NCBI GenBank assembly: GCA_964016885.1 | Contig: OZ024740.1 | Coordinates: 431,954,001 to 432,018,000 of the forward strand | DNA: 64,000 bases | Direction of reading: 5' to 3' | Source: Eledone cirrhosa | Taxonomy: Eukaryota | Shown here: piece by piece, positions 60,101 to 64,000 of the stretch | How the letters are laid out: each line of letters begins with the position of its first letter | Position numbering within the stretch: position 1 is the first letter of the stretch | Made by a program: the position numbers and the translations under genes | Notes under the pieces: generated by a model | What the model was told of the DNA's origin: nothing | Databases searched by the model: none | What the model saw: only the letters and a program-made list of their open reading frames with translations

Positions 60101-63100
60101 GACAGACATTATCAGGCTACAGCTGTCATATTACATAGTTTCTACAACAAACCACAACAGTCACCTAGTGGGGAAGACAGAAATTATCAGGCTACAGCTG
60201 TCATATTACATAGTTTCTACAACAGACCACAACAGTCACCAAATGGGGAAGACAGACATTATCAGGCTACAGCTGCCATATTATATAGTTTCTACAACAG
60301 ACCACAACAGTCACATAGTGGGGAAGACAGACATTATCAGGCTACAGCTGTCATATTACATAGTTTCTACAACAGACCACAACAGTCACCTAGTGGGGAA
60401 GACAGACATTATCAGGCTACAGCTGTCATATTACATAGTTTCTACAACAGACCACAACAGTCACATAGTGGGGAAGACAGACATTATCAGGCTACAGCTG
60501 TCATATTACATAGTTTCTACAACAGACAACAACAGTCACCTAGTGGGGAAGACAGACATTATCAGGCTACAGCTGCCATATTATATAGTTTCTACAACAG
60601 ACCACAACAGTCACCTAGTGGGGAAGACAGACATTATCTGGCTACAGCTGCCATATTATATAGTTTCTACAACAGACCACAACAGTCAACTAGTGGGGAA
60701 GACAGACATTATCTGGCTACAGCTGCCATATTATATAGTTTCTACAACAGAACACAACAGTCACCTAGTGGGGAAGACAGACATTATCAGGCTACAGCTG
60801 TCATATTACATAGTTTCTACAACAGACCACAACAGTCACCTAGTGGGGAAGACAGACATTATCAGGCTACAGCTGTCATATTACATAGTTTCTACAACAG
60901 ACCACAACAGTCACATAGTGGGGAAGACAGACATTATCAGGCTACAGCTGTCATATTACATAGTTTCTACAACAGACCACAACAGTCACCTAGTGGGGAA
61001 GACAGACATTATCAGGCTACAGCTGTCATATTACATAGTTTCTACAACAGACCACAACAGTCACCTAGTGGGGAAGACAGACATTATCAGGCTACAGCTG
61101 CCATATTATATAGTTTCTACAACAGACCACAACAGTCACCTAGTGGGGAAGACAGACATTATCAGGCTACAGCTGTCATATTATATAGTTTCTACAATAG
61201 ACCACAACAGTCACCTAGTAAGGAAGACAGACATTATCAGGCTACAGCTGTCATATCATATAGTTTCTACAACAGACCACGACAGTCACCTAGTGGGGAA
61301 GACAGACATTATCAGGCTACAGCTGCCATATGATATAGTTTCTACAACAGACCACAACAGTCACCTAGTGGGGAAGACAGAAATTATCAGGCTACAGCTG
61401 TAATATTACATAGTTTCTACAACAGACCACAAATGTCACCTAGTGGGGAAGACAGACATTATCAGGCTACAGCTGTCACATTACATAGTTTCTACAACAG
61501 ACCACAAAAGTCACCTAGTGGGGAAGACAGACATTATCAGGCTACAGCTGCCATATTATATAGTTACTACAACAGACCACAACAGTCACCTAGTGGGGAA
61601 GACAGACATTATCAGGCTACAGCTGTCATGTTATATAGTTTCTATAACAGACCACAACAGTCACCTAGTGGGGAAGACAGACATTATCAGGCTACAGCTG
61701 TCATATTACATAGTTTCTACAACAGACCACAACAGTCACCTAGTGGGGAAGACAGACATTATCAGGCTACAGCTGTCATATTACATAGTTTCTACAACAG
61801 ACCACAACAGTCACCTAGTGGGGAAGACAGAAATTATCAGGCTACAGCTGTCATATTACATAGTTTCTACAACAGACCACAACAGTCACCTAGTGGGGAA
61901 GACAGACATTATCAGGCTACAGCTGCGATATTATATAGTTTCTACAACAGACCACAACAGTCACCAAATGGGCAAGATAGACATTATCAGGCTACAGCTG
62001 TGATATTATATAGTTTCTACAACAGACCACAACAGTCACCTAGTGGGGAAGACAGACATTATCTGGCTACAGCTGCCATATTATATAGTTTCTACAACAG
62101 ACCACAACAGTCACCTAGTGGGGAAGACAGACATTATCAGGCTACAGCTGCCATATTATATAGTTTCTACAACAGACCACAACAGTCACCTAGTGGGGAA
62201 GACAGACATTATCTGGCTACAGCTGCCATATTTTATAGTTTCTACAACAGACCACAACAGTCACCTAGTGGGGAAGACAGACATTATCAGGCTACAGCTG
62301 CAATATTATATAGTTTCTACAACAGACCACAACAGTCACCTAGTGGGGAAGACAGACATTATCTGGCTACAGCTGCCATATTATATAGTTTCTACAACAG
62401 ACCACAACAGTCACCTAGTGGGGAAGACAGACATTATCAGGCTACAGCTGCCATATTATATAGTTTCTACAACAGAACACAACAGTCACCTAGTGGGGAA
62501 GATAGACATTATCAGGCTACAGCTGTCATATTACATAGTTTCTACAACAGAACACAACAGTCACCTAATGGGGAAGACAGACATTATCAGGCTACAGCTG
62601 CCATATTATATAGTTTCTACAACAGACCACAACAGTCACCTAGTGGGGAAGACAGACATTATCAGGCTACAGCTGTCATATTACATAGTTTCTACAACAG
62701 AACACAACAGTCACCAAATGGGGAAGACAGACATTATCAGGCTACAGCTGTCATATTATATAGTTTCTACAACAGACCACAACAGTCACCTAGTGGGGAA
62801 GACAGACATTATCAGGCTACAGCTGTCATATTACATAGTATCTACAACAGACCACAACAGTCACCTAGTGGGGAAGACAGACATTATCAGGCTACAGCTG
62901 CCATACTATATAGTTTCTACAACAGACCACAACAGTCACCAAATGGGGAAGACAGACATTATCAGGCTACAGCTGTCATATTACATAGTTTCTACAACAG
63001 AACACAACAGTCACCTAATGGGGAAGACAGACATTGTCAGGCTACAGCTGCTATGTTATATAGTTTCTACAACAGACCACAACAGTCACCTAGTGGGGAA

Positions 63101-64000
63101 GACAGACATTATCTGGCTACAGCTGCCATATTATATAGTTTCTACAACAGACCACAACAGTCACCTAGTGGGGAAGACAGACATTATCAGGCTACAGCTG
63201 CCATATTATATAGTTTCTACAACAGACCACAACAGTCACCTAGTGGGGAAGACAGACATTATCAGGCTACAGCTGTCATGTTATATAGTTTCTACAACAG
63301 ACCACAACAGTCACCAAATGGGGAAGACAGACATTATAAGGCTACAGCTGTCATATTATATAGTTTCTACAACAGACCACAACAGTCACCTAGTGGGGAA
63401 GACAGACATTATCAGGCTACAGCTGTCATATTACATAGTTTCTACAACAAACCACAACAGTCACCTAGTGGGGAAGACAGACATTATCAGGCTACAGCTG
63501 CCATATTATATAGTTTCTACAACAGACCACAACAGTCACCAAATGGGCAAGATAGACATTATCAGGCTACAGCTGTCATATTATATAGTTTCTACAACAG
63601 ACCACAACAGTCACCTAGTGGGGAAGACAGACATTATCAGGCTACAGCTGCCATATTATATAGTTTCTACAACAGAACACAACAGTCACCTAGTGGGGAA
63701 GACAGACATTATCAGGCTACAGCTGTCATATTACATAGTTTCTACAACAGAACACAACAGTCACCTAATGGGGAAGAGAGACATTATCAGGCTACAGCTG
63801 CCATATTATATAGTTTCTACAACAGACCACAATAGTCACCTAGTGGGGAAGACAGACATTATCTGGCTACAGCTGCCATATTATATAGTTTCTACAACAG
63901 ACCACAACAGTCACCTAGTGGGGAAGACAGACATTATCTGGCTACAGCTGCCATATTATATAGTTTCTACAACAGAACACAACAGTCACCTAGTGGGGAA
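30171..64000. repeat. 75-bp tandem satellite array (consensus GGGAAGACAGACATTATCAGGCTACAGCTGTCATATTATATAGTTTCTACAACAGACCACAACAGTCACCTAGTG), about 451 units, continuing past the right edge
   Basis: Seen directly. The register is constant throughout (ACATTATCAG at 30181 and 63781, 448 x 75 apart), with substitution variants only. Most units have a PvuII CAGCTG site. Confidence 0.98.

Larger units (their letters stand above)
28023..64000 (-). other. PIGQ: Inferred PIGQ intron (upstream of exon 27830-28022), at least 36 kb, containing the 75-bp satellite
   Basis: The exon begins mid-domain after a canonical acceptor. I cannot find the preceding conserved segment (FHIYCFYVY-like) in 28023-30170, so it should lie beyond the window. 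Confidence 0.72.

Noticed and set aside
30072-63835. Giant repeat-protein genes
   Set aside because: Not called as CDS. Openness follows from a 75-bp unit with two stop-free frames, stops recur in both frames, there is no visible synonymous bias, and the frames are antisense within an inferred intron.
1-64000. Centromere or telomere assignment
   Set aside because: There are no TTAGGG tracts. HORs alone do not establish centromere identity, and intact gene exons lie between the arrays. CENP-A data would be needed.

Overview
Eukaryotic (metazoan) genomic DNA. The interspersed repeats resemble ones I associate with octopus/cephalopods; this is an inference, not verified. About 92% of the window is two unrelated tandem satellite arrays: a 38-bp array (1-25300, open at the left edge) and a 75-bp array (about 30171-64000, open at the right edge). 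Between them is a 4.9-kb island. It holds two consecutive, phase-compatible, minus-strand coding exons of PIGQ/GPI1 (27830-28022 and 25654-25768), so both arrays appear to sit inside PIGQ introns of at least 25 kb and at least 36 kb. The island also has a full-length decayed Tc1/mariner element ending 18 nt from a PIGQ exon, a tRNA-derived SINE, a TTAA-flanked piggyBac-like MITE with a nested 5'-truncated CR1-type LINE, and micro/minisatellites. The huge 25-aa-repeat ORFs are most likely artefacts of the indel-free 75-bp unit. The most intriguing but speculative observation: on the PIGQ sense strand both monomers carry YAG|GT with a branch-point-like motif 23-25 nt upstream, and the 75-mer reads like a complete GT...AG mini-intron, suggesting a possible array of recursive splice (ratchet) points.
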